From: Octopus vulgaris
Lineage: Eukaryota
DNA: 64,000 bases
NCBI GenBank assembly: GCA_951406725.2
Contig: OX597833.1
Span: 72,726,001 to 72,790,000 of the forward strand
Direction of reading: 5' to 3'
The position numbers were made by a program, and so were the translations under genes. Under the pieces are notes generated by a model. The model did not search any database. It saw nothing but the letters and a program-made list of their open reading frames with translations, and was not told where the DNA came from. The number at the start of each line of letters is the position of its first letter. Within the stretch, counting starts at the first letter, position 1. Shown here piece by piece: positions 13,577 through 25,724 of the stretch.

Positions 13577-13775
13577 TCTTTTACTCTTTTACTTGTTTCA
13601 GTTATTTGACTGTGGCCATGCTGGAGCAAATCGACCCCAGGACTTATTCTTTGTAAGCCTAGTATTTATTCTATCGGTCTCTTTTGCCGAACCGCTAGTG
13701 TTACAGGGACGTAAACACACCAGCATCGGTTGTCAAACGATGTTGGGGGGACAAAGACACACAAAGACACACAAA

Positions 13776-13829
<54 letters not shown>

Positions 13830-13995
13830 CATATATACGACGATCTTCTTTCAGTTCCCGTCTACCAAATCCACTCACAAGGCTTTGGTCGGCCCGAGGC
13901 TATAGTAGAAAACACTTGCCCAAGGTGCCACGCAGTGGGACTGAACCCGGGACCATGTGGTTGGTAAGCAAGCTACTTACCACACAGCTACCCCT
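13577..13995 (-). mobile_element. SINE family C (tRNA head, CORE-like CCTTGGGCAAGTG segment, internal (TG)n), near full length
   Basis: Aligns by eye with 20112-20509 and 61686-62005; A/B boxes lie at the right end on the minus strand. Confidence 0.85.
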
Positions 13996-14075
13996 ACGCC
14001 TACATTTTTCTATCGAGTTCTGTAATTTACCGTTTTGGTGAAGTAACAGAGATTTATATATGTTCGACACTTATG

Positions 14076-14110
<35 letters not shown>

Positions 14111-14244
14111 ATGTGTGTGTGTGTCATATTATATATATATATATATATATTCTACATAACTTATGGGATGACTTGATATAACAAATAATAACTTTACTTA
14201 TCAACAAATGCTATGAGGATAAAAATAAACCTTCTTTTCTATAA

Positions 14245-15060
14245 TGTTATTCAATAAAGCCATCTTCAGCTCCAACAACTGCTTCTATATGAGATCTAAA
14301 TCATCTCCATGCTCAAATCAAGTGGTCCTGGTTCATTTTGGACATTACTCTGACTATGGCAGCTTTCAAAGAATCTTTGGTGTTATGGACATGTTCATTG
14401 ACCTCTCTCTCAACAATGCTCCACATGTAATAGTTCGATGGATTGAGATCTGGGGAATTAGGAGGCCAAATGTTAGGGGTTATGTGATCACAAAAATTTC
14501 CAGCCATCCATTCCTGTGTTACTAGAGTCATGTGTGATAGTGCAAAGTCTTACTGAAACACATATGGCCCTCCATTGCATACACTGTCTATCAAGGTCTT
14601 AATTATTTCCAGGCCCTCAATGTAGTTAACCCTAAGGCCTTATGGAAAGAAGGAGGCATCACATGTCCTTCATTGCTGACAACCCCTAAAACAACAACAG
14701 TTGCTGGAAATTCTGAATGCATAGCACTTGGAACTTCAGAAGGGTCTGCACTTAACCATCGGTCATTTCTTCTGTTAACTGTTTCATCGTGGACGTTTTT
14801 CTCCTCTGAGAAAAACCAAATCAAATCTTTTTCTGCTGGATTTTTCAGTTTAAGAGCCTTTTAGATTTGATGAAGTGATTTTCTTTAGCTTTTTTGGACG
14901 AATTGATCTTTCCTCATCATATAAGACTTATATCTGATGTCTTCCTGGACAACATTTCTGACTTTTGACACATGGAGATCTTTTGTAATTAACCTCATGG
15001 AACTTCTGGGATTGTAATCAATGGTCCGTTGAACTTTCTGGGATAAATTCAAATTTTCTG
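14245..15060 (-). mobile_element. Degenerate Tc1/mariner transposase (DD37D/maT-like)
   Basis: Fragments IWFFSEEKN..NRRNDRWL, PATVVVLGVVSNEG and WPPNSPDLNPSNYYMWS...AVVGAEDGFIE, with multiple stops and frameshifts. Confidence 0.85.
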
Positions 15061-15228
15061 ATGATTTCAAAATGTTTGGAATGCTTTTTATGCATTGATA
15101 CTGGTGACACGTTTCCATCTGCAGTCTATATACAGAGCAAGCAAAAAAGGCAGCAATGACCCCAAAAAGGTTTGTCCTCAAATACCTTACGCACACTGTA
15201 CATTTCATATACACACACACACACACAC

Positions 15229-15284
<56 letters not shown>

Positions 15285-15524
15285 GTAACAAATGAGGGAA
15301 ACAGAAAATGTAATTCCCGAGATTCTTTATTAATCGACCTTGCATTGTTTTGATCCACCCTGAATCGAACCCTGGAGGATGAGATACGATACAACTGCTT
15401 ATTGTGATTCCTTCGGTGCAGATATGTCTGCTCGGGCGAATTTTCAATAAAATCGATTTCGCTTGGTTCGATAATATAGCATGTCGTTATTCAGCGGTCG
15501 GTGTTTCCGTATGGGCCCCCATCC

Positions 15525-15800
15525 ATCCATCCATCCATCCATCCATTTTTCTCCGCTGGGGGGTTTCGTAGAGCGGGATGGACTCCTCACGTTCCTCCTC
15601 CATTGGCCCCTCTCAAAAGCAATCGTCATAAGTCTTCCCAACTGGTTTCCCACACATGAACAACCCAGACGATCGATATTCTCCCACCGTTGTCCTTCTG
15701 CTTCGTCTGCTTTTAGGTCTCCTCCCAGTCGAACATTCTTTCCTGTGACACTTCCTACTACATATCCGTAGCACCGGAATCATACACACAAAATTCGCAT
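15525..15800 (-). mobile_element. Possible 3' end of an RTE-like LINE with (ATGG)n tail
   Basis: Minus strand reads GRRPKSRRSRR...ERGQWRRNV followed by a short UTR and (ATGG)n. Weak similarity only. Confidence 0.35.
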
Positions 15801-15971
15801 GACCCTTTCACAACGATAACACGCAAGTTCGTGAAGCGTTCTGTATTTTTAACTGGCGGTGATCCAGCATGGCCGCAGCATTAGGGCTGAAACGTAAAAA
15901 ATAATAAAACAATAAAAGAATATCTTGCCCTCTGTCTGTCTCTCTCTCCTTTTCTCCCTATTTTCCTTTAG

Positions 15972-16054
<83 letters not shown>

Positions 16055-16607
16055 TGCCTGTGGAGAGTCATTCTCTTTTAGTGTCTTATTACTGAACACA
16101 CTCACCGGTTCGATTTCCATTCATTTACTTATTCATTTTTCTAGAAAATAAAACTGTCTCCAGAAACAATAAAATATGCTTCAACACACGAATTCACATA
16201 AAGAATCTTGCAAACCAAACACAAAAACGAAATCTATCTATAAACACAGCCATGGTGATTGTCTATTCTTTATGCAGAGTTTGACCACCTTTTGTACTTA
16301 CACCTTAGATCTGTCAGGGTGCCTCATGTGGCTTTCTAAACCAGACACCCACATAGATTGCACATCCAATTTGGACCTCCAAGAGCTGCAGGTAAGTTCT
16401 GATGTGTGTATATGTTTATAGTATTTATGTATGTATGCATATGTACATATGTATGTATATATACCTATATATGTGCGTGTGTGTGTCTGTGTATACATAA
16501 ATATAAAAATATATACATGCACATATATACTTATATATCATATATGAATGTCTGCATGTATATATATATATACATATACATATATCTGTAAACATATACG
16601 TATACAC

Positions 16608-16684
<77 letters not shown>

Positions 16685-16842
16685 TACATATATATATAGG
16701 TATATATATGTTATATATATGTATATATATAGGTATATAAGTATATATATGTATATATGTGTGTGTATGCATATATATATAGATATATAGATATATATGT
16801 ATGTATGTATATTATATATATATTATATATGTGTGTGTGTGC

Positions 16843-16907
<65 letters not shown>

Positions 16908-17106
16908 CAAGCGCCAATACACGAAACTCTCGGTCGTTGGTCTCTGTAATTTCCACCGATTAATACATATATATATATGTGAGTGTGTGTGTGCATGTGT
17001 ATATTTATATATATGTATATATATATATATGTGTGTGGGGGTTGATGGTGTGTGTGTGTATGTATGTGTGTATGTATGTATGTATGTATGTGTGTATGTA
17101 TGTATG

Positions 17107-17137
<31 letters not shown>

Positions 17138-17453
17138 ATATGTATGTATGTATGTATGTATATATGTATGTATGTATACATGCATGCATATAATTTTTTT
17201 TACAATAATAGTGTTAAGAAACAGTGATTTCGAAGTTTCCCTCTGCTCCGCCTTCGCAGGTCTGCTGTCCGATGAAGAGTACGGAGGCTGACACTTCGAA
17301 GTCACTGTCGACGATATTCTTGTTAAAGAATAATGAATATATAAAGAATAATATATACGTTTCCGTTTGATGTAAAATTGTTTTGAATACAACTCGACAA
17401 ATGTATGATATTGTGTTTGTGCGCGCGAGCGTGTGTGCGTGTGTGTGTGTGAA

Positions 17454-17534
<81 letters not shown>

Positions 17535-17541
<7 letters not shown>

Positions 17542-17654
17542 AAACATTACGTTATATAATTAGGGTTCAGTAAAATAATTTACTTTACCACACATCGAAC
17601 TTTTAGTAAATTATTTTACTGAACCCTAATTATATAACGTAATGTTTTAAATAT
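17535..17654. repeat. Perfect ~50-bp-arm hairpin in a (TA)n-flanked insert
   Basis: TATTTAAAACATTACGTTATATAATTAGGGTTCAGTAAAATAATTTACT followed by its exact reverse complement after an ~19-nt spacer. Confidence 0.9.
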
Positions 17655-17736
17655 ACCGTAAATGGTCTTCTTACATACTGAACACTACTTGGTAAAATTA
17701 TTAATTAATAATTAATTAATTTTACCCTTTTATTAT

Positions 17737-17812
<76 letters not shown>

Positions 17813-17827
17813 ATATACACATATATA

Positions 17828-17866
<39 letters not shown>

Positions 17867-18264
17867 AGAAATATGTGTACATATTACATTTAAACCATAT
17901 CCTGTGTGTGTGTGTGGGGGGGGGGGGCACATACACATCTATGTCTTAAGCGCACATACAGAGAAAGGAGTGGAGACAGACGCATAGAAGATGTCGATGT
18001 AGATATCTGGGTCCGTGTTTATATGAATACACAAGATGAACTCCGTCGTTCGTAAGAAGATGGAGATACGGGGGGGGGGGGAAGGGATAAAAGACGTGAA
18101 AGCAAGTCTCACCTGTAAACACCTGCGGAATATCTGTGAAGGTTTGGAGTGACGAGTAAACGAGTCCATGAGAGGGATTCCTCTGTGGAAACTGTGTTGG
18201 TTGCGAGTGGGAACCAGCTGAGTGGCAACAGCACCACTCGCATGCAGACACACACCAACACACC

Positions 18265-18297
<33 letters not shown>

Positions 18298-18493
18298 GTA
18301 CATACTCACACATACACACACACGCACATACACATATATATACATACACCCTCACTAGCGCGCATGTATATAGGCGTATATATATACTCGAAAGTGTATG
18401 TATGTGCATGTGTGCACGTGTGTGTATATATATATTGTATGCATATGTGTGTGTATGTTTAGATAGAATACATAAATACATACGTCCCTACAA

Positions 18494-18524
<31 letters not shown>

Positions 18525-18705
18525 TCTATATTTAAATGATTTTGCATATCTTTACCTTACCACACACCTACGTACACATGTACCAACGACCGAGTGTGTG
18601 TGTGTGTGTGTGTGCATATGTGTGTGTGTATTTATGTACTGTTTCGCTGTCTGTCTCTCTATGTCCTCTACCGTATCTGTCTTTTAATATATATATGTGG
18701 ATTTG

Positions 18706-18774
<69 letters not shown>

Positions 18775-19177
18775 CCGTAAATCCTCGAGTATAATACGCA
18801 CCCCTTCTCTAACTTGAGTCAAGGAGGTCTGTATAACGTTCTTGGTTTGTAAAAATGTATACGCTAACGTCCTTTATTATTATTGTATATATAACATGAT
18901 GCAAACGTGTAGCTTTTTTGTGCATTTTGCTTGCAGAAAATTAAGAAATAACAGTAATAACGTTTAATAAATGTTGCTTACTGCGAGTTATGGATGATTT
19001 AAGGTATTTTCGCGCCGACATCACAAAATACGTCTGAATAAACATTGCCGGGCAGCAAATAGTGACCCTGACATTGCTTAGAAAACAATTTTCATTTTTA
19101 ACCTCGTATATAGTACGCACTAAGGATTTTGACCTTTAAATTTTGGGGGAAAATGCGGATTATACTCGAGGATTTAC

Positions 19178-19179
<2 letters not shown>
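18775..19179. mobile_element. pogo/Tc2-type MITE
   Basis: TIRs CCGTAAATCCTCGAGTATAAT.CGCA / TGCG.ATTATACTCGAGGATTTACGG, TA on both flanks, and an internal partial TIR copy at ~19102. Confidence 0.88.
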
Positions 19180-19223
<44 letters not shown>

Positions 19224-19325
19224 GTGTGTTATGAGCATTTATTGAATACGTATCCTATGTAAAATCAACAAACAATTTAAGATGGGGAAGAGAAGATGTT
19301 AGAAGTTTTATAAAATTTTAATCCA

Positions 19326-19413
19326 TACATATGATCGTTTCAAATGGTAACACCAACATGTAAGAAACATGAAAAAAATTTAATTAAATATAATTACCAT
19401 TCTCTTCAGTGCA
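19326..19413 (-). ncRNA. Hammerhead ribozyme motif (type I, near-palindromic stem III)
   Basis: Minus strand: UGCA-CUGAAGA-GAAUGGUAA..UUACCAUUU-GAAA-CGAUCA-UA-UGUA. Stem I is 4 bp, stem II is 9 bp and the core is intact. Confidence 0.65.
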
Positions 19414-19789
19414 AAAAGAAGAATACATCAGAAAGATAGTAGGCGAAGAGTATTATGTTGTTACCGAAGACTCTATGGAGTCCGTGTCGCATAACTCATT
19501 CGGAGATTCATAGAATGATTATGAATGATGAAATATAATAACATGCTGAGGCAGTGTTGAGTCTAGTTGCGAAAGAACTAAAACTCCCAAAAGTAAAAGG
19601 ACGAAATTGAACTCAACATTTCTCACATATGTCCGAGATGGTCGTGACTTCTGGTACTTGACTGATGAAAGAAAGCCAAGAATGACCCGTCTTTTTCTTT
19701 GCCTGTCCTTCTAATTGTTGTTCCTCTTGTCCGCCTTTTTTATCGTCTATCTGTCCGAACATTTTAATGCCCTCTATTGCATTTTTGTT

Positions 19790-20002
<213 letters not shown>

Positions 20003-20111
20003 TATATACATACATGCATGCATATATATGTATGTATGCATGTATGCATGTATGTATGTATGTGTGTGTGTGTATGTAAGTATGTATATATATATATGCA
20101 TGCACGTATGC

Positions 20112-20509
20112 TCTTTTACTTGTTTCAGTCATTTGACTGCGGCCATGCTGGAGCACCGCCTTTAGTCGAGCAAATCGACTCCAGGACTTATTCTTTGTAA
20201 GCCCACTACTTATTCTACCGGTCTCTTTTGCCGAACCGCTAAGTGACGGGGACGTAAACACACCAGCATCGGTTGTCAAGCAATGCTAGGGGGACAAACA
20301 CAGACACACAAACACACACACACACACACACATACATATATATACATATATACGACAGGCTTCTTTCAGTTTCCGTCTACCAAATCCACTTACAAGGCAT
20401 TGGTCGGCCCGGGGCTATAGCAGAAGACACTTGCCCAAGATGCCACGCAGTGGGACTGAACCTGGAAACATGTGGCTGGTTAGCAAGCGACTTACCACAC
20501 ATCCACTCC
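20112..20509 (-). mobile_element. SINE family C, full-length copy
   Basis: Runs from the head GGAGTGGATGTGTGGTAAG.. to the tail ..GCTCCAGCATGGCCGCAGTCAAATGACTGAAACAAGTAAAAGAG. Confidence 0.88.
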
Positions 20510-20544
20510 TATATATATGAATGTATATATATATACATATATAT

Positions 20545-21545
20545 TGGAGAAGTAAATCTGGCAATATGTAAACTGGGACCAGGTAAAGTTCCTGGATTAG
20601 ATGGTATTCCAGTTGAAATTCTGAAAGCAGGCGGAGGTCATATTTCATCTGAAATTCGTAGCCTGATGACTCGAGTTTGGAACGAATCTTCTGTGCCACA
20701 GCAATGAATGTGGCACTCTAATCTCTGTATAGAAGGGAAAGGGTCCAAAATCAGTGTGTGGTAATTCTAGAGAGATAACTCTCCTGGCGGCGTCACGTGC
20801 TCGGAAGATACTATCAAGGATTATGTTAGATTGTCTTGTTGAGAATGAGTGTCCACGTGTGATTCCTGTGGTTTCAGACCTGAACGACGAACAATGGACA
20901 TGATATTTTCTGCGAGGCAGGTTCAAGAGAAATACTTAAAGGAACAAATGTCACCATAGCCGGTCTTCGTAGACTTAACTAAGGCATTAGACACGGTAAA
21001 CAGGGAAGTACTGTGGATTGTTTTGAGTAAACTTGGTTGCTCAACACATCTTGTGAGCACTTTTAAGGAACTACGCAGAAACATGAAAGCTCAAGTAGTT
21101 TTGAATGGTGAGGTTTCGCATGAATTTTCGGTGGACAACGGTGTGAAACAGGGAGATATTCCTGCCCCTACACTTTTCTCTATTTATTTTGCTGCATTGC
21201 TTTGGTAGGCTTTCAAGGATTGCAACAGGGGAATCGGAATCAGATTTCGGAGATCTGGCTGCATGTTTCATCTGACTCGGTTTAACTGCAAAGCAAAGAC
21301 TTTCAAGGCACTTGTCAGAGAATTACCTTACGCTGATGATGCTGATCTGTTGGCACACTCAGAGGGGGATTGCAACATCGAACGGACAGAATTTCCACTG
21401 CATCTATATATTCCAGAGCCACAATTAGTCTTGGGAAAACCAAAGTTACGTTTACTGCTGCGCCAGGACAAAGATATTCTGAACGAAAGATTTTTGTGAA
21501 TGTAACAAGGTAAGAAGTCATGGACACCTTTGTTTACCTTGGACG
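20545..21545 (+). mobile_element. Degenerate RTE-clade LINE RT fragment
   Basis: GKVPGLDGIPVEILK, CGFRP.R.T.DMIFSARQVQEK, FVDLTKALDTVNRE, GVKQGDIPAPTLFSIYF and YADDADLLAHS, with stops and frameshifts. Confidence 0.9.
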
Positions 21546-21631
21546 CATGTGTATGTATGTATGTATGTATGTATGTATGTATGTATGTATGTATGTATGT
21601 ATGTATGTATGTATGTATGTATGTATGTATG

Positions 21632-21664
<33 letters not shown>

Positions 21665-21775
21665 GTATATGTATGTATATATATATAAATATATATATAT
21701 AATATATATTTGTTTATATATTTATACATATATTTACGTATATATACATATGTAAATATATGTTTATGCAAATCA

Positions 21776-21815
<40 letters not shown>

Positions 21816-22244
21816 ACATACATTCATACATACATATATACATGCATGCATACATACATATGTATACACTCACAATGCATACATACATGCAAGCAAGTAT
21901 ACATACGTATACACACACACACACACATACATGCATTTCTATTGGTAAGAAATCTTGAAATAAAACCGGACAATGCTATACATGGTAGAATAGATCGGTG
22001 TGCGTTTGTGTGTATGAAAGATAGAAAAGCCGTGGTTAGAATGCATCATTGGATCATTGGTTTGCTCATTCGGTATTTGCCTGGTGTTAAACAACAACAA
22101 CAATAGATATAACAACACAACCCTGCATTGAAATTTTCTCTGAAGCTTCGCCATATTGTTTACTTTGTTTCATTCTTTCTTCTTCTTCTTCTTCTTCTTC
22201 TTCTTCTTCTTCTTCTCCTCCTTCTTCCTCTTCTTCTTCTCCTC

Positions 22245-22275
<31 letters not shown>

Positions 22276-22347
22276 TTCTTCTTCTTCTTCTTCTTCTTCT
22301 TCTTCTTCTTCCGTTTCATATATTTTTCTTTCTTTATTACGCACCAC

Positions 22348-22384
<37 letters not shown>

Positions 22385-22670
22385 CATAAACTCCATAAAC
22401 TCCATAAAAAATACCATTCCACAGCTGTTTAATTGTCCATTATTGTCCTCTGCTGCTGTTATTGGTCACCATTGGTCAACGCTGCTCTTTCTTCCATTGT
22501 CTGCCAATATTATTACTCGGACCCCACCCCCCGCCTCCTTCCACCTCACACCATTCCTCTCAACGTATCACCTTCCTGCTGTTGTTCTTGGCAACGTTTA
22601 TAACTTGTCTTGTCAGCTTACGTATGTGTGTGTGGTTTTTTGTATGTGTGTGTGTGTGTGTGTGTGTGTT

Positions 22671-22732
<62 letters not shown>

Positions 22733-22868
22733 TTTGTGTGTGTGTGTGTGTGTGTGTGATGGTGATGGAGGGGGGGTGCGTGTATTAGTTTATTTTGTTT
22801 AATGATTCTGACTTTTCGGTTCCTTTCTTTCCTTTGACGGTGGAAATATAAGGATTAATAAAATGAAG

Positions 22869-22917
<49 letters not shown>

Positions 22918-22919
<2 letters not shown>

Positions 22920-23454
22920 GCCCTGTTGAAGTACCAGGCAGTGGCTCTCATGGCTTCTGATCTTAACTGATTCGAAGTGTTATCATATACATTGTTTTGT
23001 TTTGGTATAAAAGATGGACTACAGCAAATATTTGCTTGTCAGTTGTTTGACCATAACCAGTTGAGCATGTCCCTTGGTGACTGACGATTTGTGCATCTCT
23101 GATCATGAGCAGAAGTAGTGGGGGAGCATCATAGCCATGTGTTGAGAGGGATTCTTTGGGGTTTGAATAGTTCACCTCTGGAAACATGGGTGGTTCTTTC
23201 AACATCCTTAAACAACCCTTATTCAGGGACCGTTTGAGCGGGATGGGCTACTCAACCTGAAGAAAATTCTAACTGGGCCCCACCTGCAAGGTCATGTGCT
23301 GTTTATCTTGATATGAGATCACCATGTCGCACACATATGGTTGTGATGCATGTGCCTGGTGTACCTTTATCAGACGGGTAGTCATGATGGGTATATTGGG
23401 CTTCGTATATTTTACCCCAGTGTCACTTTGATGGCATGAACTGCTCTCTCACTC
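22918..23454 (+). mobile_element. Family A non-coding retroelement, longest copy (~540 bp), embedded in (AAT)n
   Basis: (AAT)n on both sides; shares its 3' end with 8331-8668 and 36220-36692. Confidence 0.8.
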
Positions 23455-23644
23455 AATAATAATAATAATAATAATTTCCTTTATTGGCCACAAGGGTCGA
23501 AGACATGGAGAGCAATATGGAAGGACGAGTTACAGCACAACTACAAAAAAATTACAAAAACAAAACCATTTGGGTTAACATCAGTCGAAGGATATAACAG
23601 AGGATATATAAGAGAAATAAATAATAAATAAATAAATAGAATCC

Positions 23645-24385
23645 CCGATAGCGGGGCAATCCATTTAGGATAATCCTGGGTAAACCCCCCACAAAAATCC
23701 CAGATTACTCTGCCATCTCCAATGCATTGGAAACATATTCAGAGTCGATCCATTCAGTCTCACCAGTCTTGCAACTGTCGACCACCTTTTGATAAAGACA
23801 CTAGAGGGCAGCACATCCCTCTCTACCCTCACCTTCCTCTTCAAATGATATTTGAAGAAATTGATGAGGTCTTGACCAGGTAGGAATGTGCCTGTCTTCA
23901 AACCTTTCAGATGGGCCCACCACACAACCTCTTTTGGCACAGCCACTAAGCAGAGAAAGGTCTGCCTTCCTTCTCTGCCAAGGGACGATGGTGAGTCAAT
24001 CTTCCCTGTACACTCGGAAGAGAATTTGTCTTACACACGACAACAGCTGCTTCACACAATCCCAAGACGGCACTGAATTCTTGCATGCGCGGCGGTTTCG
24101 TCGCTCTGCGAGGATCTCGGGCAGGTTCAGTTGTTGGCACTTCCATGCCTCAAGCGCTTGTCTCGAACATACAATACCCCTCCGTAGCACTGCCAAGCCA
24201 AAGACTTTTGGAAATTGTTCATGATCTTCCGACCGAATGTCCCCTGAAAAAGACTACTCAGACTGGTCTCGTCGATGCCCAGATTCAATCCTAGGCCATC
24301 ATCACCCATACCCACGACTAGCCCCCTATAGAAATCTTGAGTTGTATTCTCGTTAAGAGTTTTGGGCAGCTGGTACAATGCACTT
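23645..24385 (-). mobile_element. 3' end of an L1/Tx1-type LINE ORF2 (zinc-knuckle region), degenerate
   Basis: NNFQKSLAWQCY.G.L.VRDK.LRHG...TCPR...DET..H...C...WD.V..LL...FL.LVAV.KEVVWW...FFKYHLKRKVRVER...F.KRW; pattern of Tx1-like C-termini. Confidence 0.7.
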
Positions 24386-24562
24386 TTTCAAAATTCGTCA
24401 CTTTTTCAAAATTCTTTTTTGAAAGAGTGTACTTTTTTCCCGTCCTTCCGATTGTTCGAATCGTTGAGGCAAACATCGTTGCAGCTGTTGATGTCGCCCT
24501 CTCTGTTGTTCCTCCGACTCTTTTTACTCATTATTTCGTTCGCTTTTCCTTTCCTTCAGACC

Positions 24563-24835
24563 AGAAATAAATCCAGGCTTCATACGTTTCATAGCTTGCG
24601 GGACCTTAGAAGTAGTAAATCATCCGAATGCGGGATTGACCCCAAGCTACTCTTCAGGCCAAGGATACCTTAATTGTATGAAGTTTAGATTGTCGTCGAG
24701 AGATCCCGTGTTAACTCGTTTCGGATTCCATTGAAATGCAGGACGAGTAGCTTCCGGTCTTCCCCCTCGTTTGGATAATTGAATACTTCCGAGGCTCCGC
24801 TAGCTATGAAACATATGTAGTCTGGATTCTATCTA
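24563..24835. repeat. Diverged inverted repeat with a hammerhead relic in each arm
   Basis: The reverse complement of 24563-24660 (GGC-CTGAAGA-GTAGCTTG..CAAGCTAT-GAAA-CGTATG-AA-GCCTGGATT) aligns with 24737-24835 (GC-AGGACGA-GTAGCT..AGCTAT-GAAA-CATATG-TA-GTCTGGATT). Confidence 0.65.
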
Positions 24836-24883
24836 CTTCATTCTCTAATTTTCTAATATATATGTATGTATATATATACATAT

Positions 24884-24943
<60 letters not shown>

Positions 24944-25020
24944 CGGGTTGAGTCGGGGTTAACCACAGTAAATAAGGTACTCAATACATAGCAGAGTAAA
25001 TTAATTTATTTTATAGAAGG

Positions 25021-25071
25021 AGCTTCTACAGGACTAGAACTGTTTCATTCAAAAGAAATCATCAGGAAGCT
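25021..25071 (-). ncRNA. Hammerhead ribozyme motif, left arm of palindrome
   Basis: AGCUUC-CUGAUGA-UUUC UUUU GAAU-GAAA-CAG UUCUAGUC CUG-UA-GAAGCU: 6-bp stem I, intact core, GUA cleavage triplet. Confidence 0.72.
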
Positions 25072-25149
25072 AGGTGACAAGAGTAGTTTTGGCATTTATA
25101 CATTTAAACCTGCCTAAATGTATAAATGCCAAAACTATTCTTGACACCA

Positions 25150-25199
25150 AGCTTCCTGATGATTTCATTTGAATGAAACAGTTCTTGTCCTGTAGAAGT
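25150..25199 (+). ncRNA. Hammerhead ribozyme motif, right arm of palindrome
   Basis: AGCUUC-CUGAUGA(25156-62)-UUUC AUUU GAAU-GAAA(25175-78)-CAG UUCUUGUC CUG-UA(25193-94)-GAAGU. Confidence 0.7.
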
Positions 25200-25234
25200 C
25201 CTTCTATAATATATATATATATATATATATATAC

Positions 25235-25644
25235 AGAGACAGAGGATAGATGGGTAAACTGTCGCCATTTTATACTTTTAATTTCGCGCATGCGCGTTGT
25301 TTGCTTTTGTCAACTACACAGTATGGTAGGGTCATTTGGGCACTGTCTGTGAGAAAAACAACACCATGATGCAATTCACTCTGCCAGAAATTTGGAAACG
25401 ACATGCTGTACTGCTTGGAATTCGTGTCGGAAACTCCGATACGAACATTTCAGAGTGTTTGGGTGTCAATCTGAGGAGAGTGCAGGGGATTCGGAAAGAG
25501 TTGGATGAGTCTGATGGGGATTAAAATGGTATGGCAGCCGGAAAACTCTGAATTTGTGTATGAGTTTCTTATCAGGCAGGTGGTGCATGAAGGCATTTGG
25601 TATTCCTCATACAAGGTGAGAAAAGGCCAGTTTTTATCCCAAGC

Positions 25645-25645
<1 letters not shown>
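25235..25645 (+). mobile_element. 5' part of a DD37D-like Tc1/mariner element, internally deleted
   Basis: MMQFTLPEIWKRHAVLLGIRVG..ISECLGVNLRRVQ is HTH-like. IRQVVHEGIWYSSYKVRKGQFLS resembles VRNVVQEDIRYKSYMMRKDQF in the 14245-15060 element. Confidence 0.65.
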
Positions 25646-25724
<79 letters not shown>

